A stretch of DNA of 63,523 bases, filler included, from Nanobdellati archaeon (lineage in GTDB: Archaea; Nanobdellota; Nanobdellia; Woesearchaeales; JAADFO01): NCBI GenBank assembly GCA_013152815.1. It is 5 parts of 5 records of this genome, joined end to end, with 100 filler letters (N's around TTAATTAATTAA, not from the genome) between each part and the next. Parts side by side here need not be neighbours in the genome. Positions count along the whole stretch, not along the records: positions 53,219 to 63,523 come from JAADFO010000008.1; 4 more parts are not named here. One strand, 5' to 3'. How positions within the stretch are numbered: the stretch's first letter is position 1; each line of letters starts with the position of its first letter. Below, one piece after another: positions 54,989 to 63,523 of the stretch. The notes beneath the pieces are model-generated. The model was not told the origin of the DNA. It ran no database searches and was given only the letters and a program-made list of their open reading frames with translations. The position numbers and the translations under genes were made by a program.

Positions 54989-55291
54989 GGAAGATCACCC
55001 CAAGAAAAAGGATCAACATGATACGCAGAGGCACGGCTATGATGAGCTGTGTTTCTGGAATTCCAGGGCAAATGATAGTGCTGCCACGTATCCTGCTCTT
55101 CTTAGGACCTTTCGGTCTGCATCCAAGGAAGTGTGTCATTGCTTTCTGTGCTGCTTTCTCGTCGGGGGAGCCACCCTCAACATAGCACATTGGCTTTAGT
55201 CACAAAGAAGTGGTGAATACAGATATATAAATATTGTCATTATAACGTAGTAACTATTCTGTTTAAATACTCTTTATAAGCTATATAAGGA

Positions 55292-55621
55292 CTAGTCCAT
55301 CTGCCTGCGTTTCTTCTCTAGTATCCCTGCCATCTTCTCCCACTTCTTGACACGGGGCTTGAGGGTCTCCAGGCGCGACTTCAGGGCTTCAGAAAGATCG
55401 ATATCATAGGCATTAGCAAGCTCAAGGAGCGATATCAGGACGTCGGCAGCTTCGCCTTCTATATTCTTCTTGTCTTTTGTCTCCTCGTATATCTCTTTCT
55501 CGAGCACTTCCTTAGCAAGTTCTCCGACCTCTTCAGAAAGCGCGAGCATCGCCCCTATCCGGGGATGCTGTATCCTCTGCATGAGTTCCTTCACCTTGGT
55601 CTGGGCTTCCTGCATATCCAT
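55292..55621 (-). CDS. MazG-like nucleotide pyrophosphohydrolase
   Basis: LSEEVGELAK, GEAADV, LAN.YDIDL. Confidence 0.88.
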   Translation of the reverse strand: MDMQEAQTKVKELMQRIQHPRIGAMLALSEEVGELAKEVLEKEIYEETKDKKNIEGEAADVLISLLELANAYDIDLSEALKSRLETLKPRVKKWEKMAGILEKKRRQMD

Positions 55622-55622
55622 C

Positions 55623-56132
55623 CTAATACCTGTGGAGGTTGAGGAAACCCTTGACCATCCCATGGAGAAGATTGACCTCCTCGACGAGTCCTGCCTCGAA
55701 ACGTTCTGTATTGACCTTGTAGACGAACTGGTCGAGCACAGCCCGCAGGAAGTAGAACATCGGCTTCTCCTGCCACCTTCCCTCATAGTCCAGTTCGAGG
55801 AATCCGGTGATGACCATCTTCAGCCCTCCCTCCTGCAGCTTTATCTTCCTGCCGTTCCGGTCAAGGGTCACGTCTTTGATATGATGTCCATCGATGGTGA
55901 TGTCCAGGACGTACTTGGCGTAATCTGTTATCTTCTTGTAGGGCTGCTTCTCGACATGGACCTGCATCCCGTCCTTGTAGACGTCCTCGCTGACCTCGAG
56001 CTCATGCTTGGTATAGGCCTTCTCCCGTATCCAATGGTCGATGAGCTTGTAGAGCTCCTCGAGGTCGAAATACCCCTTGTACTTCAGGGTCAGTCCGTCG
56101 ACGATGATCCTTCGTTCAGCCATCTTCACCAC
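55623..56132 (-). CDS. Hypothetical protein (paralog of 56126-56659)
   Basis: LKYKG.FDL.E, G..E.DY motifs shared. Confidence 0.8.
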   Translation of the reverse strand: MVKMAERRIIVDGLTLKYKGYFDLEELYKLIDHWIREKAYTKHELEVSEDVYKDGMQVHVEKQPYKKITDYAKYVLDITIDGHHIKDVTLDRNGRKIKLQEGGLKMVITGFLELDYEGRWQEKPMFYFLRAVLDQFVYKVNTERFEAGLVEEVNLLHGMVKGFLNLHRY

Positions 56133-56659
56133 ATGTCCTGGAACTGGTCTCCCTTGTTGTGCATGGAGAGCAGTTGTTTGAACTTCTCATGGAACCCGTG
56201 CAGCTCATACTCTATCTTGTCTCCGTAGACCTGGATCCTCTTCAGATAAATAGTTTTCCAATAGAACTCCCTCAGGGTCTCCATGAACTTCGATGTCTCA
56301 TACTTGTTCTTGTAGTCGATCTCGATGAAGCCCTGGAACTGCACCTTCATCCTGCCGCGCATCATGGTCTTCTTCTTCTTGTCCTTCACCACATCCACCT
56401 GTTCCAGGTCCCAGAAATGGAAATAGAGATGTACCCATACCCGCAGGAACTCAGTGTCGTTACGGAACCCTGTCCAGTAGAAATATGCCTCTCCGCCCTG
56501 CTGCAGGTCCTGTGCCTTGAACTTATGCTCATGGAAGTGGAACCCTCTTTGGTGATACCACTCCTGGGCCATCTCGAGCATCTCGTCGAGGTCGAAGATG
56601 CCCTTGTATTTGAGCAGCAGCTTCTCGTCAGGGCTCAGGATGTTCAGCTTGATTCCCAT
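56126..56659 (-). CDS. Hypothetical protein (paralog of 55623-56132)
   Basis: Same shared motifs; overlapping stop/start. Confidence 0.8.
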   Translation of the reverse strand: MGIKLNILSPDEKLLLKYKGIFDLDEMLEMAQEWYHQRGFHFHEHKFKAQDLQQGGEAYFYWTGFRNDTEFLRVWVHLYFHFWDLEQVDVVKDKKKKTMMRGRMKVQFQGFIEIDYKNKYETSKFMETLREFYWKTIYLKRIQVYGDKIEYELHGFHEKFKQLLSMHNKGDQFQDMW

Positions 56660-56722
56660 GGGTTTCTCAGTCCTCTCTGGGAGAAGTGGGTATAAAAAGG
56701 TTTCGTAGAACTGCCGAAAGAG

Positions 56723-57169
56723 CTATCGGTCGAACGGCTTCTCCTGCGCCTCCCTGATCTCGAAGCGTTCCACCAGGATCTCGAAGAGCGCCGGCTGTAT
56801 CTTCAGGATGTCCTTCAACGTCACGAGGCCGACGATCTCATCGTTGTTGATGACCGGAAGATGCCGGATGTTCTCATCTCTCATGATCTTGATGGCGTCG
56901 AAGATGTCGACGTCCGGATGGACCGTGAACAGGTTCTTGGCCATGTGGTCGGCCACCCTGGTCTCGGCGGTCCTCAGGTTCTCTGCGACCACCCTGCGGA
57001 CGATGTCCTGCTCGGTGATGATGCCCTGCGCTTTCTTCCCCTGCTGGATGATCAACGCCCCCACATGGTTGGCTTCCATGATCTTTGCGCATCGCTGTAT
57101 GGTCGTGTCGCCGGTGACCGCGATGGGCCTCTTGGTCATCACGTCGCCGACCTTATAGCCTGTATCCAT
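56723..57169 (-). CDS. CBS-domain protein
   Basis: VGDVMT, GIITEQD, IRHLPV, GLVT. Confidence 0.92.
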   Translation of the reverse strand: MDTGYKVGDVMTKRPIAVTGDTTIQRCAKIMEANHVGALIIQQGKKAQGIITEQDIVRRVVAENLRTAETRVADHMAKNLFTVHPDVDIFDAIKIMRDENIRHLPVINNDEIVGLVTLKDILKIQPALFEILVERFEIREAQEKPFDR

Positions 57170-57210
57170 GACAAGAGGGAGAGAAACAGCATACTTAAGG
57201 GTTTCGGCCT

Positions 57211-59058
57211 TCAGTAGTTGATGAGGATCTCGATGTCCTTGCCGAAGAAATCCCTGAGGTTCTCGAAGATAGGCTCCTTGATGAAGACTTTGGGAAGGAT
57301 CTGTTTCGATGCCAGGTCCTTCTCCATCTCCTGAAGCGTGGTCCGCACCGGGGTTCCCAGAGAACCGTCCTTGTTGATGGGCGCCCTGGAGACCGACTTC
57401 TCTTCGTCGTCGATATCGTGGATGATGTAGGCGACCGTGTCAAGGAGCAGCACCTCTCCGTATTTCTTGCCGTGCTTGACCCGGATCTTTGCCCGCTCCA
57501 GCTCCCGTCCACGCTTGCGCTGCATATACTCCACGAGGAACTTGATGAACTGGGCCGACTCTTTCTTGACCTGCTCGACCTCCTGTTTGGTGAGCTTGCC
57601 GGCATCGTAGTCCTTCTTCGCCTTGATGAGATTGTTGAGCATCCTGAGATATTTTGAGGGGATCTTGCCCAGGGAAACGAGCTCGTTCTCGAAGACCTTG
57701 ATGATGTCCTTGTCGTCGACCTTGTTGACCCCTTCCATCTTCATGACGTCGCGGATGATGGTGACCACGTTGTCGTAGATGTGGGCGACATCCTCCTCTG
57801 ACTTGATCTTCTCTATCTGGGTGAACAGGCGCTTGATGCGCTTGAGGTACTTGTCAGCCTCCCTGAGGATATCATCGATATCCTTTCCGCTGACCTCTTT
57901 CCTCGTCCCGTGCTCCAGGTCTTTCCGGAGGGTGATGACCTTCTCGAGGGTCTTTACGAACTTCTCTTCGAGGAGATGATGTTTTGTCACGAAGATGTCC
58001 CGCATGAGCTTCGGTGTCTCCCGTGGAGCAGGAGGTGCGATGCCCTGCATCATCAGTGCAGCCTGTGAAGGTGTCAGCAGCGCATAGAAGACGTCTTCCA
58101 TGCCGATGTCGCGGAGCTTGAACTTCACCCTCTGGAGAAGCTGCTCCCCTGATCCCATGAACATGTCGATGGCCTCTGCAGACGGCTTGATCTTGCCCAT
58201 CTTCAGCAGCTGCTTCCAGGGCATGAACATGCCGCGGTCGAAGAACGGCACACCGTCCCTGAGCAGGGTGAAGATGATGGGGTTGGCCTCCTTGAGCGAG
58301 TCCCAGAAGTCGGTGAGGATGTAGATCTGGATGTTGAGCTTGTTCCTGATGCCGGTCATCTCGCCGGCTTCGATGCCCATGCCGATGATGATCGCCCTGA
58401 GCTTGTCCTTGAGCTCTGCCCGGGTCATCTTCTTCACGTCGGTATCGTCGATGACGATCCAGACGTCGATGTCAGATTCCTTGGTGGCCCGTCCCTGGAC
58501 CAATGATCCTGCAAGCACATAGGAGACGATGTACTTCTCGAACTTCTTGAGCACCATGGTCTTATGGGTCTCGGCTATCTTGATCGCCGCAAGCATGCCC
58601 TTGTCGTAGATGGGCGCAGAGAGCGCCACGAGCTGCAACAGCTCATGCTTGGCGTCGTAGCAGGACTGCCAGAGCTCTGAGAGGATGACCACCTGGGGCT
58701 TGAGGTTCTTGTCGACCCCTTTTGCTTCTGTCTCGATGATGCTGATGAGCTTCGACTTGAGGGCTTCCTTGGAGAGACGCGTAGAATCTGAATCATCGAT
58801 GAGGACGAGGACGTTGATCTTCTCCCTGTCCACCTCTTCGGTGCCTTCCTTCTTCTGCGGCGGGAGGAGGGACACGCCCATGATGTAGTTGTCGAACTTG
58901 CCGACGATCTTCTTCTGGAACTTCTCTATCTTGTCCTTGATGGCCTTGAGCTTGTCTTGCACTTCCTTGGGAAGTGCCTCTTTGACCTGCTCGGGTGTCG
59001 CATTGGGCGGCAGCTTTGGGAGCGGGGAATCCTTCTTTGGGCTGTTCTTCTTGGGCAT
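57211..59058 (-). CDS. Tandem nucleotidyltransferase-domain protein with HEPN-like region
   Basis: Two ..IDD(S/T)D..K units, GSLVQG....SDID, YALL..SQAALM..G and RKDLEH. Confidence 0.8.
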   Translation of the reverse strand: MPKKNSPKKDSPLPKLPPNATPEQVKEALPKEVQDKLKAIKDKIEKFQKKIVGKFDNYIMGVSLLPPQKKEGTEEVDREKINVLVLIDDSDSTRLSKEALKSKLISIIETEAKGVDKNLKPQVVILSELWQSCYDAKHELLQLVALSAPIYDKGMLAAIKIAETHKTMVLKKFEKYIVSYVLAGSLVQGRATKESDIDVWIVIDDTDVKKMTRAELKDKLRAIIIGMGIEAGEMTGIRNKLNIQIYILTDFWDSLKEANPIIFTLLRDGVPFFDRGMFMPWKQLLKMGKIKPSAEAIDMFMGSGEQLLQRVKFKLRDIGMEDVFYALLTPSQAALMMQGIAPPAPRETPKLMRDIFVTKHHLLEEKFVKTLEKVITLRKDLEHGTRKEVSGKDIDDILREADKYLKRIKRLFTQIEKIKSEEDVAHIYDNVVTIIRDVMKMEGVNKVDDKDIIKVFENELVSLGKIPSKYLRMLNNLIKAKKDYDAGKLTKQEVEQVKKESAQFIKFLVEYMQRKRGRELERAKIRVKHGKKYGEVLLLDTVAYIIHDIDDEEKSVSRAPINKDGSLGTPVRTTLQEMEKDLASKQILPKVFIKEPIFENLRDFFGKDIEILINY

Positions 59059-59340
59059 CGCAGGACCTCGAATCGTGATGGCTTTCGAGACGGCTGGTTA
59101 CTATTTAAAGGTTTGGGTGGCCATGCCCGGGGTCTGTCTCTGTCTGGACACAGATGATGCCGCAGGTCAGGGAGATAAGTTATCACTGGGTAGTGAAATT
59201 ATTATTTATAAATGAATGACGATATGTCGGTCAAAATCCGTTCTGCTTTATGAATGACGAGGGAAAAATATATAAAAGAGTAATCACAGGGAAATAGTAA
59301 AGAAACCTTCATCCAAACAAAACATCCAAGGTGATATGCT

Positions 59341-60075
59341 ATGAGCAATATCGATGATACTATCGAGGCGATACTCCCTCCCAAGAGCAAGGCGGCAATG
59401 GAACGTCTCACCGGCGATCCTGATGCGTTCGCCAATAAGGTCAAGACCGTCGCAGATATCGTCCATCCGGTCTATCATTCCCTGCAGGAAGAGATGGGAC
59501 CAGATTCTCTCTACTTCAAGCGCGACGAGAAAGGACAATACAGGCGGCTTGAAGGTGCGGAAGGGGCCGGCATACAAAAGAAAGTGAGGGATAAGGTCAT
59601 CGACCTTCTCTACGATAAATTTGTCTCCCAGAAAGGCTATGCTGAGATAGACAAAGACACCTTTGTCAAGAATTTTATGGCACAGGAATATGGCATCACC
59701 GAAGCCGACCTTGGGCAGATGTCACGGCAGCTTAACTCGCTGGAAGAGGAGCATTTCAGGAACACCATCAGCAACCAGGTCGGCCAAAGAGCCCTCCAGG
59801 CAGAGATCAGCCAGCTCATCCAGGACCTTGCAGCCATCAAGGACGATGCCGAAGCGAAAGGGACCTATGTAGACGGTCTCAAGTTCCTGGGCGACCAGAT
59901 CAATCGCTATGCCAGCAAGGTCAACTATCAGGGTCCTCTGGAGAACGACTTCAAGGATCTTACCGACGCTTCACAGGCCTTCAACCAGGTCGTCAATACA
60001 GCCATCACCGAGGCGACCCAGAGAAAACAGCAGGCAGGCTATGCTGCACCGAGGGAGTACAAGAAGGCAGTATAG
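59341..60075 (+). CDS. Hypothetical helical protein
   Basis: 244-aa ORF, GGTGA RBS, TATA upstream. Confidence 0.75.
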   Translation: MSNIDDTIEAILPPKSKAAMERLTGDPDAFANKVKTVADIVHPVYHSLQEEMGPDSLYFKRDEKGQYRRLEGAEGAGIQKKVRDKVIDLLYDKFVSQKGYAEIDKDTFVKNFMAQEYGITEADLGQMSRQLNSLEEEHFRNTISNQVGQRALQAEISQLIQDLAAIKDDAEAKGTYVDGLKFLGDQINRYASKVNYQGPLENDFKDLTDASQAFNQVVNTAITEATQRKQQAGYAAPREYKKAV

Positions 60076-60122
60076 GCATATCTCAGCTGTTCCTTTCTTT
60101 TTTTCTTAGTCTATCTTAAGAA

Positions 60123-60554
60123 CTAGTCTTTGCCCTTGACGATGAACCCTCTGCAATTGGCCGAGCCGCACCTGCAGACATGATGTTCCTTCTCTTCTTC
60201 GTCAAAGCAATAGTCATAGGTCAGCTCTTCTCCTGTTTTGATATCTCTCATGGCCTCGATCCATATCTCCCGGCCATACTGGACCGATTCACAGTTGGGC
60301 GTGCAGGAATGGTTGATGAGCCGCGCGGTATTCTCAGGGATGTTGCCGTCGATGTCATGCCGGCCGTCGAGCTCGAAGATGTAGACCGTCCCTGCCTTCT
60401 CTTCTTTCTCGGCAAGACGTTCTGCTTCCTTCTTGGTGATGAGCCTTCCGACATATCGGATGATGCGTGTCCCTTGAGGCGTGTCTCTTGCGGCATAGAT
60501 TCCTGAGCCGTGTATATTCGAGTCCCTGATCTCGATCCATCGGTTTTTAGCCAT
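60123..60554 (-). CDS. SET-domain lysine methyltransferase with post-SET
   Basis: HGSGIYA, ARLINHSCTPN, GEELTYDY, CRCGSANCRG. Confidence 0.93.
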   Translation of the reverse strand: MAKNRWIEIRDSNIHGSGIYAARDTPQGTRIIRYVGRLITKKEAERLAEKEEKAGTVYIFELDGRHDIDGNIPENTARLINHSCTPNCESVQYGREIWIEAMRDIKTGEELTYDYCFDEEEKEHHVCRCGSANCRGFIVKGKD

Positions 60555-60624
60555 GGCTCGGTCGCATTCCGGTCCTCATTAATAAAGATATCTTCTCTTC
60601 AGAGAAAAAGGAGAGAACATCGTT

Positions 60625-61263
60625 TCAGAGATGGTTGGTGATCTCTTTGAGATTGGAGATCTTGTCAGGATAGTTCCTTCTTCCCCGTCGGTCGATGAGC
60701 AAAGCTTTGATGCCTGCCCTTTTCGCCGATTCGATGTCGGACTCCAGGGAATCCCCTATCATGATGGCCTCTTCCTTGGAGATGCCCAATGTCTCGATGC
60801 CTTTCTCGAACAATGCAGGATCCGCCTTGAGCTTCCCCTCCTGGAACGAGAGAAGGATAACGTCGAAATATTTTGCCATATCATACTTCTCCATGATCTG
60901 CATCACCGAGAAGCAGTCGGTATTGGAGATGAGCACCAGCTTAAGGTCCTTTCCCAGCCGTTCGAGCATCAATTTGGTGTCTATATATGGTTTGGCGAAG
61001 AGCTTGTTCCTGTTCCAGAGTCCGACAAGCTCATCAAGCATCTTTTTCTCAGGAGCGATGTTGAACGCTTTGCAGACCGCCTCAAATGCAGCATAGAGGT
61101 CATCATAGGACTGTACCATGAAAATCTGCTCAAATTTCTGTATGTATTCAGAGAAGTCCATATCCAGGTCGAGAATCCGTTTCACCTGCCTGACCGGACT
61201 GGGAAAGACTCCGTTCTCTACTATGGTCCCCCAGAAATCAAAGAAGATGGCCTTTATTGTCAT
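60625..61263 (-). CDS. HAD-family hydrolase
   Basis: FDFWGT, ISN, IGDSLESD. Confidence 0.9.
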   Translation of the reverse strand: MTIKAIFFDFWGTIVENGVFPSPVRQVKRILDLDMDFSEYIQKFEQIFMVQSYDDLYAAFEAVCKAFNIAPEKKMLDELVGLWNRNKLFAKPYIDTKLMLERLGKDLKLVLISNTDCFSVMQIMEKYDMAKYFDVILLSFQEGKLKADPALFEKGIETLGISKEEAIMIGDSLESDIESAKRAGIKALLIDRRGRRNYPDKISNLKEITNHL

Positions 61264-61311
61264 ATGGTTACACCTGTCATCGCCTCGGAATATCTTTGCC
61301 CTTTATAAAGT

Positions 61312-61797
61312 TTACAGAATTTCCATGAATTCCAGCCTGTCGGTGGAAGGGTCAAGCAGAGCGACGGTCTTATGCTCGGTGGTGAAATAGTGGGCGCCTG
61401 GATTGATGATGCGGGTCTTTCCCATCTTCTCGTCTCGCTTGACATGAGTATGACCATGAAGGATGTAGTCGAACCTTTGTGAGTTGATGGCTCCTTCGAG
61501 AGCCCTTCCATCATCTCCGTGGGTCAGGAAGAATCTTTTCCCTTCTATCTCAAGCTCGGCAGCATCTCCAAGATATTTTCCTCCGATCTCCCCGGTTTTC
61601 TTCCGGAGCATGATGATATCCCCGTCGCAGTTCCCTCTGATGAAACGCATATTAAGACCATTGAAGAACGTGACGGTCGCAGGCGCCACCACATCACCCA
61701 GATGGAGGACCAGTGTGCATCCTCGCTCTGAGAAGAGCTGGACAGCCTTCAGGATATTTGCTACATTGTCGTGGGTGTCTGCTATGATGCCTATCAT
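61312..61797 (-). CDS. YfcE/MJ0936-family metallophosphoesterase
   Basis: DTHDN, HLGD, GNCD, THG, HGHTH, INPG. Confidence 0.92.
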   Translation of the reverse strand: MIGIIADTHDNVANILKAVQLFSERGCTLVLHLGDVVAPATVTFFNGLNMRFIRGNCDGDIIMLRKKTGEIGGKYLGDAAELEIEGKRFFLTHGDDGRALEGAINSQRFDYILHGHTHVKRDEKMGKTRIINPGAHYFTTEHKTVALLDPSTDRLEFMEIL

Positions 61798-61845
61798 GGA
61801 CCATCGGTCTTGCACTGAAGAATATATACTTTTCCTGTGAAACAA

Positions 61846-62244
61846 TCATCGCTGATGCCAGGAAAGGTCTTTGAGGATGTCTGAGGCGACCAAAAGACCA
61901 AGTATCTCGCTGTCGTTCTCGACCGGAAGCATCCTCACCCCTGACTGCAGCATGCGTTCTCTTGCGTCGCTCATCGAAGCGTCATGGGGGATGGTTATCA
62001 AGGGCGTGCTCATGACCTCCTCGGCAGTTATCGTGTGGGGGCTCTTTCGGATCGAGATGAGCCCTCTGATGATGTCCTTCGCCGTGATGATGCCATCGGG
62101 GACCCCGCCCTTCCGTACGATGATGGCATTGGCATTGTTCCGGTAGAGAAGGTTCGCTATGTTCACCAGGCTGTCCTGTGCGTCCGCATTCAGATGCAGC
62201 CCGTTCATGAAAAGGCAGACGCCAAACGGATTGTCGGATTCCAT
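61846..62244 (-). CDS. CBS-domain protein
   Basis: GIITAKD, VMSTP, VRMLPV. Confidence 0.88.
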   Translation of the reverse strand: MESDNPFGVCLFMNGLHLNADAQDSLVNIANLLYRNNANAIIVRKGGVPDGIITAKDIIRGLISIRKSPHTITAEEVMSTPLITIPHDASMSDARERMLQSGVRMLPVENDSEILGLLVASDILKDLSWHQR

Positions 62245-62314
62245 AGCGGTTCGGTATCCTAGAGAGAACATCCTTTTTATGCTTTGTTGGTCTGTATGAG
62301 AAAAAGAGGGGGTT

Positions 62315-62328
62315 GATGGACCCGTCGG
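62315..62328. repeat. Duplicated 3' end of tRNA-Ala (att-like)
   Basis: GATGGACCCGTCGG also at 62383-62396. Confidence 0.75.
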
Positions 62329-62384
62329 CTCTCAGCAACAAGTTGCTGGTGGCCACTCGTCCGTAATCGACCTGAAGGTCTCGA

Positions 62385-62458
62385 TGGACCCGTCGGGATT
62401 CGAACCCGAGGCCTCCCGATTGCCAACCGGACGCTCTACCGGACTGAGCTACGGGCCC
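62385..62458 (-). tRNA. tRNA-Ala(GGC)
   Basis: GGGCCCG/CGGGTCC-A with G3:U70, TCCGG-TTGGCAA-TCGGG, GGTTCGAATCC. Confidence 0.95.
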
Positions 62459-62818
62459 ATGGTGCTAAGATAAGGGTGTGGCAAGTCCCATGGGGTTTAT
62501 AACCTTTTTGCTGCCTTCGTACTGTTCACCCTGTGGATGTTAAGAAACAGATGTTCAAATAATGCTTTTTTGATTCTAACAGGCAAAAATCATTAATTTT
62601 GGAACTAACTCTCACTCTAACTTCCGTATTACTGAGTGGACATTTTGATTCTAACAGTGGGAAACTTGCGTCCGCAAAGTAAAATTTGAGTTCCATATAA
62701 ATTCGAGCCAAAGGCGAGNNNNNNNNNNNNNGTAACTATCCGAAGGACTAGGGGGTTCCGTTCATTCTAATAAGCAAAGCGGTACATAAAGAACAAGAAT
62801 AAAAGGTGAGAAAACTTA

Positions 62819-63043
62819 TTATGCCATTCCTATTTTTATTAATATCCCAACAATATTATCATATAAAACAAATATGGCCATTAATAGCATTAACTTACCT
62901 AAAAAAGGTTGTTTAGAAAAAAATGGAATAAAATCTGCAAATAATGATATTATAATTAAAATCATAACTAAACCAAAAATCAATTTTACAACAAATGATG
63001 TAGATAATTCAATTGCACCAATTCTATTCATTTTAACAACCAC
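62819..63043 (-). CDS. Small membrane protein with class III signal-like N-terminus
   Basis: MNRIG/AIELS followed by a hydrophobic stretch; very AT-rich. Confidence 0.6.
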   Translation of the reverse strand: MVVKMNRIGAIELSTSFVVKLIFGLVMILIIISLFADFIPFFSKQPFLGKLMLLMAIFVLYDNIVGILIKIGMA

Positions 63044-63523
63044 AGATACATGATGGATTTTTTCCTCTTAGCATTGCTATTCTTCTACTATAAGATTGTT
63101 TTTGGTCGCAATAATCTCTACACATATCAGGACATGAAAGATTATCGCAAACATTCCATTCTTCATTTATGTATCTTTCATCTAAACCAAGTTGTTGTTT
63201 TTCTTCGACAGATAATATCTTCGTATTTTTACATAAAAATATTTTATATTCCATATCTTTTTCTACTGAAGAAGAACCAATTGTTGAAGAAATTACATTT
63301 TTATCAACAACAAAATTAGTGACAAAAATTCCACCAATTAATAATAAAATAAAAATAGTAGTCAGGACGTATAAGAATAGTTGATTATATTTCTCACTCT
63401 TAATGAAAGAGGAAATTACAAAAACAACAATCAACGGAAGTAAAAATAACAAATATGCAAGATTAAATACAAAGAATATTAAAATAGGTAAAACAATCAA
63501 AAAACCATTAATTATTAGTTTAT
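63033..63523 (-). CDS. AT-rich membrane protein with Cys-rich C-terminus (5' end probably outside the window)
   Basis: Hydrophobic N-part; C...C...C...C and CICGC. Confidence 0.6.
   Translation of the reverse strand, partial: KLIINGFLIVLPILIFFVFNLAYLLFLLPLIVVFVISSFIKSEKYNQLFLYVLTTIFILLLIGGIFVTNFVVDKNVISSTIGSSSVEKDMEYKIFLCKNTKILSVEEKQQLGLDERYINEEWNVCDNLSCPDMCRDYCDQKQSYSRRIAMLRGKNPSCICGC

Noticed and set aside
54981..55190. 69-aa ORF upstream of the third membrane paralog
   Set aside because: Plausible position but no recognisable features; not enough support to list.

Overview
Archaeal genomic DNA, most consistent with a DPANN/Woesearchaeota-like MAG. Support: BHB-intron tRNAs, TATA-type promoters, CTP-dependent riboflavin kinase, NurA/Rad50, AK6-type adenylate kinase, and several bacterial-type genes. 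The window is five contigs joined by artificial N...TTAATTAATTAA...N spacers (11413-11512, 33663-33762, 43410-43509, 53119-53218), so adjacency across these joins is not real. Most of it is GC-rich housekeeping DNA (thiL, rad50, sepF, gpmA, lgt, thyA/folA, glmM/suhB/glmU/glmS, transketolase, psd). Two structures stand out. (1) An integron-like gene-cassette system. A Xer-like tyrosine recombinase lacking the IntI-specific insertion (776-1615) lies divergent from attC-like AAC...GTT hairpins. A second AT-rich cassette array (31.1-33.66 kb) has only 25-27 bp core sites, and each cassette ORF is bracketed by its own private inverted repeat. (2) A nested tRNA locus. An intron-containing tRNA-Ser(CGA) is split by a 191-bp element with terminal inverted repeats and a TA duplication, and the element carries a complete intronless tRNA-Ser(CGA). 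Other notable items: a two-intron tRNA-Pro, an AT-rich GreA/radical-SAM/PreA-like island, a circularly permuted CcdA, a repeat-flanked candidate DNA-binding gene, a small element integrated into the 3' end of a CDS, and unannotated RHH genes. All calls come from reading the sequence and recognising motifs; no searches were run.
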